A program made the translations under genes and the position numbers. Below the pieces are notes generated by a model. It was given only the letters and a program-made list of their open reading frames with translations. It was not told where the DNA came from and did not search any database. DNA of 64,000 nt from Terriglobia bacterium (lineage in GTDB: Bacteria > Acidobacteriota > Terriglobia > Bryobacterales > Bryobacteraceae), in NCBI GenBank assembly GCA_963846045.1, contig CAWJUL010000008.1, positions 41,334 to 105,333 of the forward strand, given 5' to 3'. This document shows positions 1 to 9,635 of the stretch, in pieces (the first letter of the stretch is position 1; every line of letters begins with the position of its first letter).

Positions 1-234
1 ACCTCCATGGAAGTTGGCGTGAAGGTCTGGGTGGAAAATCTGCAGAGCGCCACGCTGAAGCACACCTCATCGGCGTATCTCACTTTTGTCGCGTTAGACC
101 GGGCAGGAAACCGCGTCATCTTGCCGCAGATCGTCCCTGAGACGGAGGACGAAAAACGGCGTTTCGAGGAAGCTGCAAAGCGCAGAGAATATCGGCTCGC
201 ATGCAAAGACCGCACAAAGGAGACAGCGGGGTAG
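1..234 (+). CDS. acyl-CoA thioesterase (hotdog fold), C-terminal fragment; 5' end lies outside the window
   Basis: The open frame runs from base 1. The tail SAYLTFVALD..GN.V.LPQIVPETEDEKRRFEEAAKRRE resembles the C-terminus of YciA-type acyl-CoA hydrolases. Confidence 0.55.
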   Translation, partial: TSMEVGVKVWVENLQSATLKHTSSAYLTFVALDRAGNRVILPQIVPETEDEKRRFEEAAKRREYRLACKDRTKETAG

Positions 235-263
235 CCCACTGTAGCGCGCCATTGGCACAATTC

Positions 264-1454
264 ATGTTCGCGACCGGGATAGAAAACAGCTATCCCACCA
301 TCACCGGCCGAGATGGCTCAACAAAGCGCGTCGATGAGATGGAGAAGTGCTATCACTACCAGCGCTGGGAAGAAGATTTCCACCTGGTGCATGAGCTGGG
401 CATTCAGTTTCTGCGCTGGGGGCCGCCGTACTACAAGACGCATGTCGGGCCCGACCGGTACGATTGGGAGTTCTCAGATCTGGCTTTCGCGAAACTCAAG
501 GAGCTTCGCATCACCCCCATCGTGGATCTCTGCCATTTCGGCGTTCCCGACTGGATCGGCGGCTTCCAGAACCGCGATTTCCCTCGTCTGTTTGCAGACT
601 ACTCTTGCGAACTCGCGAAACGGTATCCGTGGCTGAAGTTCTTTACGCCGGTGAACGAGATTTTGATCGCCGCGCGATTCTCGGCATTATTCGGCTGGTG
701 GAACGAACGATTGAAGGGACACAAGCATTTCGTGAACGCCCTGCACAATCTGGCTAAAGCGAACGTGCTGTCGATGCACCAGATTCTCGACGTGAATCCC
801 AAGGCGCTCTTTGTTCTGAGCGAGGCGTCGGAGTTCAACCATCCCAAAAACCCCGGCTGTGCGGCTACGGCGTATGTATACAACCAGCGCCGCTTTCTTT
901 CACTCGACCTGACATTCGGGCAGCCGGTCACGTTTGACATGTACGAATACCTGTTGGAGAACGGCATGACGCGCGAGGAATACCACTGGTTCTGCAACAA
1001 CCACCGGAAATCTCACTGCGTGATGGGCACCGATTACTACCAGACGAACGAGCAGTTGGTGAACGACGACGGAACTACTACTCCGTCAGGCGAGATTTTC
1101 GGTTACTACGTGATCACGCACCAATATTTCGATCGTTATCATCTGCCGGTAATGCATACAGAGACCAATCTGCCGAATCGCGAATTGGCGCCCGCGTGGA
1201 TACGGAAAGAGTGGGCGAACGTGCACAAGCTTCGCGAGGACGGGATGCCGCTGCTCGGGTTTACGTACTACAGCTTGATCGATCAGGTGGACTGGGACAC
1301 GGCCTTGATTGGCGACAACGATTTCGTCAACCCGCTAGGGCTTTACGATATGGACCGGAAGATTACACCGGCCGGCGAAACCTATAAAGAAATTATCCAT
1401 GACTGGCGCATTATCTTGCCAACGCAGAGTCACAGCTTGTATTTGAACTGCTAG
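264..1454 (+). CDS. glycoside hydrolase family 1-like protein (beta-glucosidase-like TIM barrel)
   Basis: Long ORF 201..1454. The ATG at 264 (MFATGIENSYP) avoids overlap with the upstream gene. GH1-like motifs are FMFATGIENS, LGIQFLRWG, TPVNE, HTETN and YYSLIDQVDW. The TAG stop lies in the CTAG target of the downstream IS. Confidence 0.6.
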   Translation: MFATGIENSYPTITGRDGSTKRVDEMEKCYHYQRWEEDFHLVHELGIQFLRWGPPYYKTHVGPDRYDWEFSDLAFAKLKELRITPIVDLCHFGVPDWIGGFQNRDFPRLFADYSCELAKRYPWLKFFTPVNEILIAARFSALFGWWNERLKGHKHFVNALHNLAKANVLSMHQILDVNPKALFVLSEASEFNHPKNPGCAATAYVYNQRRFLSLDLTFGQPVTFDMYEYLLENGMTREEYHWFCNNHRKSHCVMGTDYYQTNEQLVNDDGTTTPSGEIFGYYVITHQYFDRYHLPVMHTETNLPNRELAPAWIRKEWANVHKLREDGMPLLGFTYYSLIDQVDWDTALIGDNDFVNPLGLYDMDRKITPAGETYKEIIHDWRIILPTQSHSLYLNC

Positions 1455-1466
1455 TCTCCTGAGTCA
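1451..1466. repeat. left terminal inverted repeat of the IS630 remnant
   Basis: Exact reverse complement of 2167-2182. Confidence 0.85.
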
Positions 1467-1476
1467 TTGATTTCTT

Positions 1477-2133
1477 TTAAGTTTTGGGCCGATGAGAGGC
1501 GAGCGTGGCAGAAGCGAAGCGTGCGATGGAGGCGAGAATCTGATCTGGCGATTTGGTCCATCGAACGGGTTTTGGCTGCTGGTTGTGAACGGCGATAAAG
1601 TCCCGGATGGCTGCTTGCAGCTCTGAAACGCTGCGGTGGGAACCGCGCTTGATCTGACGTTGGGTGAGGAGAGCAACCAACGTTCGACCTGATTCAGCCA
1701 GGAGGCGTGAGTGGGGACAACTCTAATCCAAAAGCCCGGCAGATGCGGCTGATGCTGGACTGGCTCAGCCCGGTGCTGGCTGCCAGTCCGCGACTGGACC
1801 AGTGCGTCGCTGCGGCCGGCGTCTTCTCCAGGGTTAAGCGTATTACCTGTTCGATGCGCTCGTCACCGATCTCGCGTGGCGCTCCCGGGCCGTTGGCTCG
1901 CCGCCTAACCCGTCAATATCTTGCGCGATAAAGCGGTTGCGTCAAAGGCCGGCCGACAAGCTGCTGGTGCGCAACTTTGCGGCTACCGCGGCATTGCTCA
2001 GGCCGCCCGCACATCCAGAATGACCCGGGCGCGGAAGGCCACCATCCGCCGGCGAGTCCGCCGCGTCAAACGCGCCAATACGCCGCGCTCACCATTAACT
2101 GTTGCTTTTTCGGACGTCCCCGGCCAGATTCAT
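1477..2133 (-). pseudogene. IS630-family transposase remnant (HTH part frameshifted, DDE catalytic core deleted, C-terminal 67 aa retained)
   Basis: The minus-strand translation gives GRGRPKKQQLMVS.., ..GDERIEQVIRLTLEKTPAAATHWSSRGLAASTGLSQSSISRI.. in shifted frames. It then jumps directly to LLTQRQIKRGSHRSVSELQAAIRDFIAVHNQQPKPVRWTKS. The DDE region is missing. Confidence 0.75.
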
Positions 2134-2166
2134 AGAATCTTTTCTTAACTTTATGCAAGCTAGTTG

Positions 2167-2182
2167 TGACTCAGGAGACTAG
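2167..2182. repeat. right terminal inverted repeat of the IS630 remnant
   Basis: Exact reverse complement of 1451-1466. Confidence 0.85.
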
Positions 2183-2223
2183 AAACATCCCACGAATGTC
2201 GGGCGATATGGGAACGCTCGTCC

Positions 2224-4161
2224 GTGGTTTATCTTTGTGTAGTGAGCAGGAAGGCAAGTGAAGCAGCCGCTCTGCAAAGCCCAGCAGAGGCGGTATTCAG
2301 TTTAGGCGCCATAGTCGCTCACGAGGGCCGTGGTACTCAATTTCGAGTCTGGGCTCCGCGACGCAAAACAGTTGATGTTGTCTTTGCGAACGGCGGACGG
2401 CCGTTTCCGTTGAAACCGGAACGAAACGGATATTTCTCCGCGACGGCTCTGAAAACGGGTGCGGGAACGAAGTACAAATACCGTCTGGACGGCGGCGCTG
2501 AATATCCCGACCCGGCATCACGGTTGCAATCACGCGGTCCGCACAGCTATTCCGTCGTTGTCGATCCAAACGCATTCCAGTGGACCGATTCACGTTGGCC
2601 GGGCATTACGCTTCAGGGACAAGTTATCTACGAGATGCACTTAGGCACCTTTACTAAGGGCGGAACCTGGAACGCAGCGGTTGAAAAGCTTCCATATCTG
2701 CGTGACACGGGCATCACAGTTGTAGAAGTCATGCCCGTCGCCGATTTTCCCGGCCGGTTTGGCTGGGGTTATGACGGTGTGCAGCCCTATGCGCCCGCCG
2801 GGTTGTACGGACAGCCAGATGACATTCGCGCCTTCATAGACACGGCGCACTCGCTCGGTGTTGCAGTCATTCTCGATGTGGTCTACAACCACTTGGGCCC
2901 GGACGGCAATTATTTCCAGGAGTTTTCACCGTACTATTTCAGCGCCAAGCACAACACCGATTGGGGTAAGGCAATCAACTTCGATGGGCCGCACTGCGGG
3001 CCGGTGCGCGACTTCTTCCGCGAGAATGCTGCCTATTGGATTCGCGAATACCATTTTGACGGCTTGCGTTTGGATGCAACGCAAGATATTCACGACGATT
3101 CCGAACCTCACATTCTGGTTGAGATCGCAACGGCCGCGCGCGAGGCGGCCGGACCGCGTTCCGTCATTCTAATAGGTGAGAACGAATCGCAGGACACGAA
3201 ATTGATTCGCCCGCAAAGCGAAGGTGGATACGGCCTGGACGGCCTTTGGAACGACGACTATCACCACAGCGTGCATGTCGCGTTAATCGGGCAAGCCCAA
3301 GCCTACTATTCCGATTACAGAGGCACTGCCCAAGAATTTGTGTCAGCGGCGAAGTACGGCTATCTGTATCAAGGCCAGTACTACACCTGGCAGAAAAAAG
3401 GGCGCGGCAAATCCACTCTGGGATTGCCGAAGGCGTCAATGATTAACTTTATCGACAACCACGATCAGGTTGCCAACTCGGCCCGCGGCCAGCGGACGCA
3501 ACAACTTTCGTCACCCAGCATGTACAAGGCGATTACAGCGTTGACACTTCTCATGCCCGGAACACCGATGCTTTTTCAGGGACAGGAGTTTTGCTCTTCG
3601 AGCAAATTCCTTTTCTTTGCCGATCACAAGCTGGACCTAGCGAAATCAGTCGCGAAGGGCAGAGTGGAGTTTCTGGAACAGTGGCGGTCTTATTCTGCTC
3701 CGGATATTCGCAAGTGCTTCGACGATCCGGCGGCGATCGCAACGTTCGAAAAGTCGCGGCTCGATCATTCCGAAGTTGAAAGGCATCCAGAGTGTTACGC
3801 CCTGCACAAAGATCTTCTGCGGTTGAGGCGTGAAGATCCCGTGATCTCGCGGCAGGGAGAAGATGGCATCGACGGCGCGGTGCTCTCGCCGACGTGTTTC
3901 GTGTTGCGATACTTTTCGCCAGGCTTTACGGACGATCGATTGCTGATCGTGAACCTTGGCGTGGAGTTGACCTGCAACCCGATGCCGGAACCGTTGCTCG
4001 CCGCTCCTGCATCGAAACACTGGGAGAAGCTTTGGTCTTCTGAAGACGCGCAGTATGGCGGGTGTGGCACCGCCGCTATTGCTGCCGGGAGGAATTGGAC
4101 AATTGCCGGATTTTCGGCCGCCGTTCTCTATCCAGTGCGCCGGCGCAACCCTGCAAAATAA
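2224..4161 (+). CDS. treZ: malto-oligosyltrehalose trehalohydrolase (GH13)
   Basis: Motifs GTQFRVWAP, YEMHLGTFT, GWGYDGV, ILDVVYNHLGPDGNY, GLRLDATQ, IGENES and NHDQV. The GTG start is uncertain and the true start may lie a few codons downstream. Confidence 0.85.
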   Translation: MVYLCVVSRKASEAAALQSPAEAVFSLGAIVAHEGRGTQFRVWAPRRKTVDVVFANGGRPFPLKPERNGYFSATALKTGAGTKYKYRLDGGAEYPDPASRLQSRGPHSYSVVVDPNAFQWTDSRWPGITLQGQVIYEMHLGTFTKGGTWNAAVEKLPYLRDTGITVVEVMPVADFPGRFGWGYDGVQPYAPAGLYGQPDDIRAFIDTAHSLGVAVILDVVYNHLGPDGNYFQEFSPYYFSAKHNTDWGKAINFDGPHCGPVRDFFRENAAYWIREYHFDGLRLDATQDIHDDSEPHILVEIATAAREAAGPRSVILIGENESQDTKLIRPQSEGGYGLDGLWNDDYHHSVHVALIGQAQAYYSDYRGTAQEFVSAAKYGYLYQGQYYTWQKKGRGKSTLGLPKASMINFIDNHDQVANSARGQRTQQLSSPSMYKAITALTLLMPGTPMLFQGQEFCSSSKFLFFADHKLDLAKSVAKGRVEFLEQWRSYSAPDIRKCFDDPAAIATFEKSRLDHSEVERHPECYALHKDLLRLRREDPVISRQGEDGIDGAVLSPTCFVLRYFSPGFTDDRLLIVNLGVELTCNPMPEPLLAAPASKHWEKLWSSEDAQYGGCGTAAIAAGRNWTIAGFSAAVLYPVRRRNPAK

Positions 4162-4178
4162 TTGTCAGCTACATCGCG

Positions 4179-6263
4179 ATGAACAACATCTTCACGCACA
4201 ACACAAACACGCCGTTGACACAGGATGAATCCCGCCGGCTGCTCTACACAGAGTGGTTGGTCACCAACGGTTTGGGCGGGTACGCGAGCGGCACCGTCGG
4301 CGGTACCTTGACCCGCGTATTCCACGGCTATCTGATTTCGGCCCTGCCTTCGCCCCTCGGCCGCACGATGATGCTCAACGACGTGTTGGAGCACGTAATC
4401 TTCGACGACGGGCGCAGCTTTCCGCTGAATGGCCTGAGCACCGAAGAAGCTGAGTTTGCCGGTTCGCCTCACCTCGCGAATTTCCGCTTGGATGCGGGGT
4501 TGCCGACGTGGACCTATGAGATAGAGGGGATTACGCTCGAAAAGCGCGTCTACCTGCCTCACCGCCAAAATACGTCGTTCATCAATTATCGAGTGACCGG
4601 CGGTTCCGGATCCGGAAGGCTCTGCCTGCGGCCGGCGCTCAACATGCGTGGGCACGAAACGCCGGTGAATACGCGGATTCCGTCCTATAAGCTCACCCTC
4701 GAAGACCGCCGGTACGAAATCAGCACTTCCGGCGATATCCCGCGGTTGCGAATGCAACTGCTGGGCGCCGGCGGCCAATTCACCATAGACGTGCAAACAA
4801 TCGCCGACATCAGGTACGAGATCGAACGGAGGCGCGGCTACATCTGGCGCGGCGATCTGTGGAGTCCTGGCCGTTTCTCCGGAGAACTCTCGCCCGGTTG
4901 CGAACTGACTCTCGTTGCATCGACGGAAAATTGGAATGTGATTTCGGCGCTCACGCCCCACCAGGCATGGGACGCGGAGCACGATCGAAAGCGGCGCCTG
5001 CTGACAATCTCTCATCCCGGCGTTTGCGACGAGACATGTACAGAACTCGTCTGGGCTGCCGACCAGTTCCTCTTCACACCTGTGGGCCGGCCTGAAGATA
5101 CGGCGCGTGCCCGAGCCGCCGGCGATGAAATTCGTAGCGTGATAGCCGGTTATCACTGGTTCACGGACTGGGGGCGTGACACGATGATCAGTCTGGAAGG
5201 ACTGACGCTAACGACCGGCCGCGATGTGGAAGCGAATTACATTCTGCGCACCTTCGCGCATTACATAAAAGATGGCCTTATTCCAAACATGTTCCCGGAA
5301 GGCAAGACCAGCGGGCTCTATAACACGGCCGATGCAACCCTCTGGTTCTTTCATGCGCTACATCGGTACCTGGAGCGCACGCACGATAACAACCTTCTAC
5401 ATCACCTCTTGCCGAAGCTGCTCGATATCGTCGGCCACCATCTGCGCGGGACCAAATTCAATATTCACGCCGACGCGACCGATGGTCTCCTGGTGCAGGG
5501 CCAGGACGGATATCAGCTTACCTGGATGGACGCCAAGGTGGGCGACTGGGTAGTGACGCCGCGCCAAGGCAAGGCCGTCGAAATCAATGCGCTTTGGTAC
5601 AACGCGCTCAAGCTGCTTGAGAGTTGGCTGCGCAGCGCGGACCGAACAGACGAAGCGAACGGCATTCGGGAACACGCGGTGCGCGCACGGGAGTCGTTCA
5701 ATCGCCGCTTCTGGTATGAGCGAGGCGGCTATCTCTATGATGTAGTGGACACCGAAGGTGGCGGCGACGACAGCTCTTGCCGGCCCAATCAGATCTTCGC
5801 TATCTCCTTGGATAATCCAATCCTCGATGAATCACGTTGGGAACCCGTACTCCGGGTGGTCGAAAAACGCTTGCTCACGCCGGTGGGCCTACGTTCCCTT
5901 GCGCCCGGTGAACGCGATTTCAAGCCTTGCTACGACGGCGACCTGCGTTCGCGCGATGCGGCATATCACCAGGGGACGGTTTGGGCCTGGCTCATCGGTC
6001 CTTTCATCGATGCATGGCTGAAAGTCCATCCGGACGATCCGGAGCGCGCCCGCGGTTTCCTGGATGGGTTCAAGTCGCAACTCAGCGAAGCATGCGTGGG
6101 ATCTATCAGCGAAATATTCGATGCCGAGCCGCCGTTCAACCCAAGAGGATGTTTCGCGCAAGCCTGGAGCGTTGCGGAAGTATTACGTTCCTTCGTCAAC
6201 ACGAGCGGCGTAGACGACATAGGGATCGACCGGTCCACCATGACGACGCTAACTACGGCATAA
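4179..6263 (+). CDS. glycogen debranching enzyme (amylo-alpha-1,6-glucosidase family with the archaeal-type N-terminal domain)
   Basis: The ATG at 4179 (MNNIFTH) lies just after the treZ stop. Motifs are WLVTNGLGGYASGTVGG..TRVFHGYL, GYHWFTDWGRDTMISLEGL and YHQGTVWAWLIGPF. Confidence 0.85.
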   Translation: MNNIFTHNTNTPLTQDESRRLLYTEWLVTNGLGGYASGTVGGTLTRVFHGYLISALPSPLGRTMMLNDVLEHVIFDDGRSFPLNGLSTEEAEFAGSPHLANFRLDAGLPTWTYEIEGITLEKRVYLPHRQNTSFINYRVTGGSGSGRLCLRPALNMRGHETPVNTRIPSYKLTLEDRRYEISTSGDIPRLRMQLLGAGGQFTIDVQTIADIRYEIERRRGYIWRGDLWSPGRFSGELSPGCELTLVASTENWNVISALTPHQAWDAEHDRKRRLLTISHPGVCDETCTELVWAADQFLFTPVGRPEDTARARAAGDEIRSVIAGYHWFTDWGRDTMISLEGLTLTTGRDVEANYILRTFAHYIKDGLIPNMFPEGKTSGLYNTADATLWFFHALHRYLERTHDNNLLHHLLPKLLDIVGHHLRGTKFNIHADATDGLLVQGQDGYQLTWMDAKVGDWVVTPRQGKAVEINALWYNALKLLESWLRSADRTDEANGIREHAVRARESFNRRFWYERGGYLYDVVDTEGGGDDSSCRPNQIFAISLDNPILDESRWEPVLRVVEKRLLTPVGLRSLAPGERDFKPCYDGDLRSRDAAYHQGTVWAWLIGPFIDAWLKVHPDDPERARGFLDGFKSQLSEACVGSISEIFDAEPPFNPRGCFAQAWSVAEVLRSFVNTSGVDDIGIDRSTMTTLTTA

Positions 6264-6312
6264 GCCGTTCCGGAAAATAGCGCTCAAAGCAGGATCGCAG
6301 TAGACTAGCGGC

Positions 6313-6879
6313 ATGACTCTGCGGATTTTATGCCGAAGGCAGCTTTGTGCTCTTTTACTAGCGGCGGTTTGCACGCTCGCCGCACAAGGGCAGGATGCAT
6401 CGAAACCGATCGACCCGGCGAAGCAAGCGGCCATCGACGAATTCTTTCGCCTTGCTAAACCGCAGGTGACGATCAATCAAGCGCTGCAGCAGTACAAGAC
6501 GATGATGGCCCAGCAGCTAGATCAGGCGGCTGCCCAGCAAATCGCAGCCCGCGGTGGCGATCCATCCAAGTACACCGGCGCCGTTCAGAATTTCGAAAGC
6601 CAACTGTTTGCGTTGCTTGCCGCGCAACTTGACTGGCAGAAGCTACGTCCGCAGATGGTGGCGCTCTATGACGACACATTCACGCTGGATGAACTGAAGG
6701 CAATTAACGCGTTTTACGCCACCCCCGCAGGACAAGCTCTGATCGAAAAGACTCCCGCGCTGATGTCGAAGTCGGCCGGCATTGGTCAGGCCGCTATGAC
6801 CGGCGCCTTGCCTCAAATCCAAAAAATGACTGCTGATTTCATGCAGAGTCTTTCGAACCCGCCGAAGGATAATCACTAG
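6313..6879 (+). CDS. DUF2059 domain periplasmic protein
   Basis: Signal peptide (LLLAAVCTLAAQG) plus the typical TLDELKAINAFYATPAGQALIEKTPALM segment. Confidence 0.6.
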   Translation: MTLRILCRRQLCALLLAAVCTLAAQGQDASKPIDPAKQAAIDEFFRLAKPQVTINQALQQYKTMMAQQLDQAAAQQIAARGGDPSKYTGAVQNFESQLFALLAAQLDWQKLRPQMVALYDDTFTLDELKAINAFYATPAGQALIEKTPALMSKSAGIGQAAMTGALPQIQKMTADFMQSLSNPPKDNH

Positions 6880-6887
6880 CCGGAGAA

Positions 6888-7610
6888 ATGGCTCGCCGCC
6901 GCTTTTTTGTGCCCGAGGTGCGCCGGGGAATCGCTGGACTTACCGGGTCCGAAGCGGAGCATCTTGTGCGCGTTCTCCGCGTCGAACCCGGGCAGGTGTT
7001 CGAAATTTCCGATAACCGAAAGGTCTACTTAGCCGAGGTTTCCTCCGCCCGTAAATCGCAGGTCGACTTTCAGGTTCTCGAAGAACTTCCTTCGCTCGAG
7101 CCGGCGGTCCATATTAGGGTGCTTGCGTCTCTCATCAAGTTCGAGAAATTTGAACTGTTGATCGAAAAAGCCACTGAACTGGGCGTGGCGGTAATCCAGC
7201 CCATCGAATCGATCCGCTCAGAACGTGGGCTGGCGCAAGCGGCGCAAAAGCGATCCGAACGTTGGCAACGTATTGCGCTCGAGGCCAGTCAGCAAGCACG
7301 GCGCGCGTATCTCCCCGAAATTGCGCCAACGATGACATTCGACGCCGCAGTAAGAATAGATACGAGCGTGCGCTTGCTGCTTGACGAGACGGCGGCGGCC
7401 AAACCGATTTTGAGTGCTCTTCCGTCTACCCGTAGTTCAGAGGATCACGTCGCGCTCTTGCTGGGGCCGGAAGGCGGCTGGACGGATGATGAACGTCAGC
7501 GGGCGATGGACGCGGGCTGGACCTCTTGCTCGTTGGGGAACAACATTCTTCGCGCTGAGACGGCTGCGATAGCAGCTCTTGCTATCGTGCAGGCCGCATG
7601 GATCGGTTAA
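6888..7610 (+). CDS. rsmE: 16S rRNA (uracil1498-N3)-methyltransferase
   Basis: MARRRFFVPE N-terminus, a PUA-like N-domain and the SPOUT motif LLLGPEGGWTDDE. Confidence 0.85.
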   Translation: MARRRFFVPEVRRGIAGLTGSEAEHLVRVLRVEPGQVFEISDNRKVYLAEVSSARKSQVDFQVLEELPSLEPAVHIRVLASLIKFEKFELLIEKATELGVAVIQPIESIRSERGLAQAAQKRSERWQRIALEASQQARRAYLPEIAPTMTFDAAVRIDTSVRLLLDETAAAKPILSALPSTRSSEDHVALLLGPEGGWTDDERQRAMDAGWTSCSLGNNILRAETAAIAALAIVQAAWIG

Positions 7611-7965
7611 ATGGATCCGGCGTATTGCGTTTGCAGCCGGTACACATCGCAATAAACTGTTCTCCCATTTTGTGCGGGGTGGTACGGACAGCCGAGGTGG
7701 TCCGTCATCGCGCCGGACGAACGAAGCAAAATTCGCCCAAGCATAAGCGCGCTTGGCTACTGCTGTCTTGTTTCGGGGGCGGGTCGCTGCTGCACAATCG
7801 GACTTGAAGCCGGCCACTTCAAGAAGCCGCGGTGGACTTGGTTGCAAATGAGATGTGGCCAAATAGCCGGGCATTCGGTAGTTTCAAGCCTCTGTTTTGC
7901 GTTTTAAACCCTTCCCAGCTGATCGCTGAAATGTTGGGGTGCCCAGGGCTGAGCAGGTGCTCTCG

Positions 7966-8811
7966 TCAGGTAACCGTCCATCCGCCGTCGACAACCAATG
8001 CCTGTCCCGTCACATAGGAGGATGCATCCGACGCAAGAAACAGCAAGGCTCCCGACAACTCTCGCGGGCGTCCTATTCGTCCAAGACAGGTTCTAGCCTT
8101 TAATCTCTCGACAAAGAAGTCCGATTCACCTACCGAGTTCGGCCCCGCATCTTCCGTGTTCGAGAACGGCCCAGGCAGTATGGCATTTGCTCTGATTCCG
8201 TACAATCCCCAGAATGATGCGATGTATCGGGTGAAACTCAGGAGTGCCGCCTTAGAAGCGGAATATCCCGGTGGGTTCAGGAACTTCGTGCCGCTATACA
8301 GCTGCGGGCTGGGAGCAACCAGCGCGTACATTGTTGAGATGTTAATTATCGACCCAGACTGTGCGGCTTGCATTCGCTTGCCGATCTTCTGAACCGTGAG
8401 GGCTGCCCAATAGACACCCCCGGTCAAATTGCGCATCCATTGTTCGTAAGAAGCTTCTCCCAATCCACCCTGCGAAACGTTGAATCCTGTTAATGGCCCT
8501 AATTCATGTGCGTTGTTGATCAGGATATCGAGGTGCTCTTCTTCGCCAGCAATCCTATCCAGACCTTTGGATAAAGCCTCGTGATCATACATGTCCATAC
8601 GGAGGGTTCGGATCTTGTCGGCCCCAAAACGCTGAGCCCAAGCATCGGCTTGCTGTTCAATTCTTTCCGATCGACTTATTGCGATCAGCCGCGCGCCGTT
8701 AATCAGAAGTGTCTCAGCGAAAGTACGTCCGAGAAAGCCGGAAGCCCCGGTCAACACAGCGGACTTTCCATCTAGTGAAAAAAGAGAAGACCTGTCCAGC
8801 GTCACCAGCAA
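7966..8811 (-). CDS. SDR family oxidoreductase (third SDR of the operon)
   Basis: TGASGFLG Rossmann motif, NNAH, YSASK catalytic Tyr/Lys and the SDASSYVTGQ..VDGG tail. A probable GTG start at 8805 overlaps the upstream TGA as GTGA. Confidence 0.85.
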   Translation of the reverse strand: MLVTLDRSSLFSLDGKSAVLTGASGFLGRTFAETLLINGARLIAISRSERIEQQADAWAQRFGADKIRTLRMDMYDHEALSKGLDRIAGEEEHLDILINNAHELGPLTGFNVSQGGLGEASYEQWMRNLTGGVYWAALTVQKIGKRMQAAQSGSIINISTMYALVAPSPQLYSGTKFLNPPGYSASKAALLSFTRYIASFWGLYGIRANAILPGPFSNTEDAGPNSVGESDFFVERLKARTCLGRIGRPRELSGALLFLASDASSYVTGQALVVDGGWTVT

Positions 8812-9635
8812 CTCCTCCCGCCATCGATTATCAGGTTAGATCCCGTCATGTAGGATGACGCGTCAGAGCAAAGAAATAGAATTGCGCCCTGATATTCGTC
8901 GACTTCGGCCATACGCCCTAGCGGTATTAACTGCCGCAAGCGTTGCATGAAGTCTTCTGGCTGGCCATTGTAGACGCCACCCGGGGAAATAGCGTTGACC
9001 CTAACCCCGCATTCATTCCAATACGTCGCGAGATAACGGGTGAGGCCGATAAGGCCCGACTTCACTACGCTGTAGGTAACTGGCTTGACTGGCTGCTCAT
9101 CATCGGATAGTCCCTCTACCCGGTACAGTCGTTGGTCTGGGCCGATAAGCGCAAGATCTGAAGCGATGTTCAGAATGACGCCACGCATCTGTTGCGCCAT
9201 TTGGTGACCGAAAACTCGGCTGCATAAAAACGCACCTGTAAGGCCCACCCGGATGTCAGTGTCCCAAACGTCCAGAGGGAAGTTCTCTAATCGCGAGAAA
9301 TTTTGTCCTTCGCGATTCTCCATTTTTGGATTGTTTGCTGCGTTGTTAATCAGGATGTCAACTTTCCCAAACCGCTGTAGCACGGAGTCTCTTATCGCCT
9401 CGACAGAGGAAAGCCGAGTGATGTCTCCGGCAAGGCCGATTGCAGAAACTCCGAAGCGGCGAGAAATCTCCTGGGCGCACGTCTCCGTCCTTTTTGCATC
9501 CAGATCAATCAACACGGCATGGCCGCCGGCTCTTGCGATGATTTCTGCGTGCTTCATTCCAAGGAGCCCAGCACCACCCGTGATAACTGCCACGCGATCT
9601 GCCAGACTAAATAGCTCAGCAACAGACTTGGACAT
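8802..9635 (-). CDS. SDR family oxidoreductase with a long substrate-loop insert
   Basis: TGGAGLLG, NNAANNP, YSVVK and CSDASSYMTGSNLIIDGG. The ATG directly abuts the upstream TAG stop. Confidence 0.85.
   Translation of the reverse strand: MSKSVAELFSLADRVAVITGGAGLLGMKHAEIIARAGGHAVLIDLDAKRTETCAQEISRRFGVSAIGLAGDITRLSSVEAIRDSVLQRFGKVDILINNAANNPKMENREGQNFSRLENFPLDVWDTDIRVGLTGAFLCSRVFGHQMAQQMRGVILNIASDLALIGPDQRLYRVEGLSDDEQPVKPVTYSVVKSGLIGLTRYLATYWNECGVRVNAISPGGVYNGQPEDFMQRLRQLIPLGRMAEVDEYQGAILFLCSDASSYMTGSNLIIDGGRSCW

Larger units (their letters stand above)
1451..2182 (-). mobile_element. internally deleted, non-autonomous IS630/Tc1-mariner family element with a TA target duplication in a CTAG site
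   Basis: Perfect 16-bp inverted termini: ctagtctcctgagtca at 1451-1466 and tgactcaggagactag at 2167-2182. The arrangement reads C-TA-[element]-TA-G. The interior carries only the N-terminal HTH and C-terminal pieces of an IS630-type transposase. Confidence 0.8.

Noticed and set aside
4128-5156. 342-aa ORF antisense to the debranching enzyme gene. Similar long antisense ORFs occur at 11543-12250, 21145-21750, 22233-22940, 45393-46157 and 16248-16784.
   Set aside because: These are typical shadow ORFs of a GC-rich genome. Their translations are Arg/Ala/Pro-rich with no motifs. Each lies fully inside a strongly supported gene on the other strand.
7437-7874. 145-aa ORF and neighbouring 60-70-aa ORFs in the rsmE/SDR spacer.
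   Set aside because: The ORF overlaps the 3' end of rsmE. Its composition is biased (Arg/Pro/Ala) and it has no start context or motifs. It is likely non-coding.
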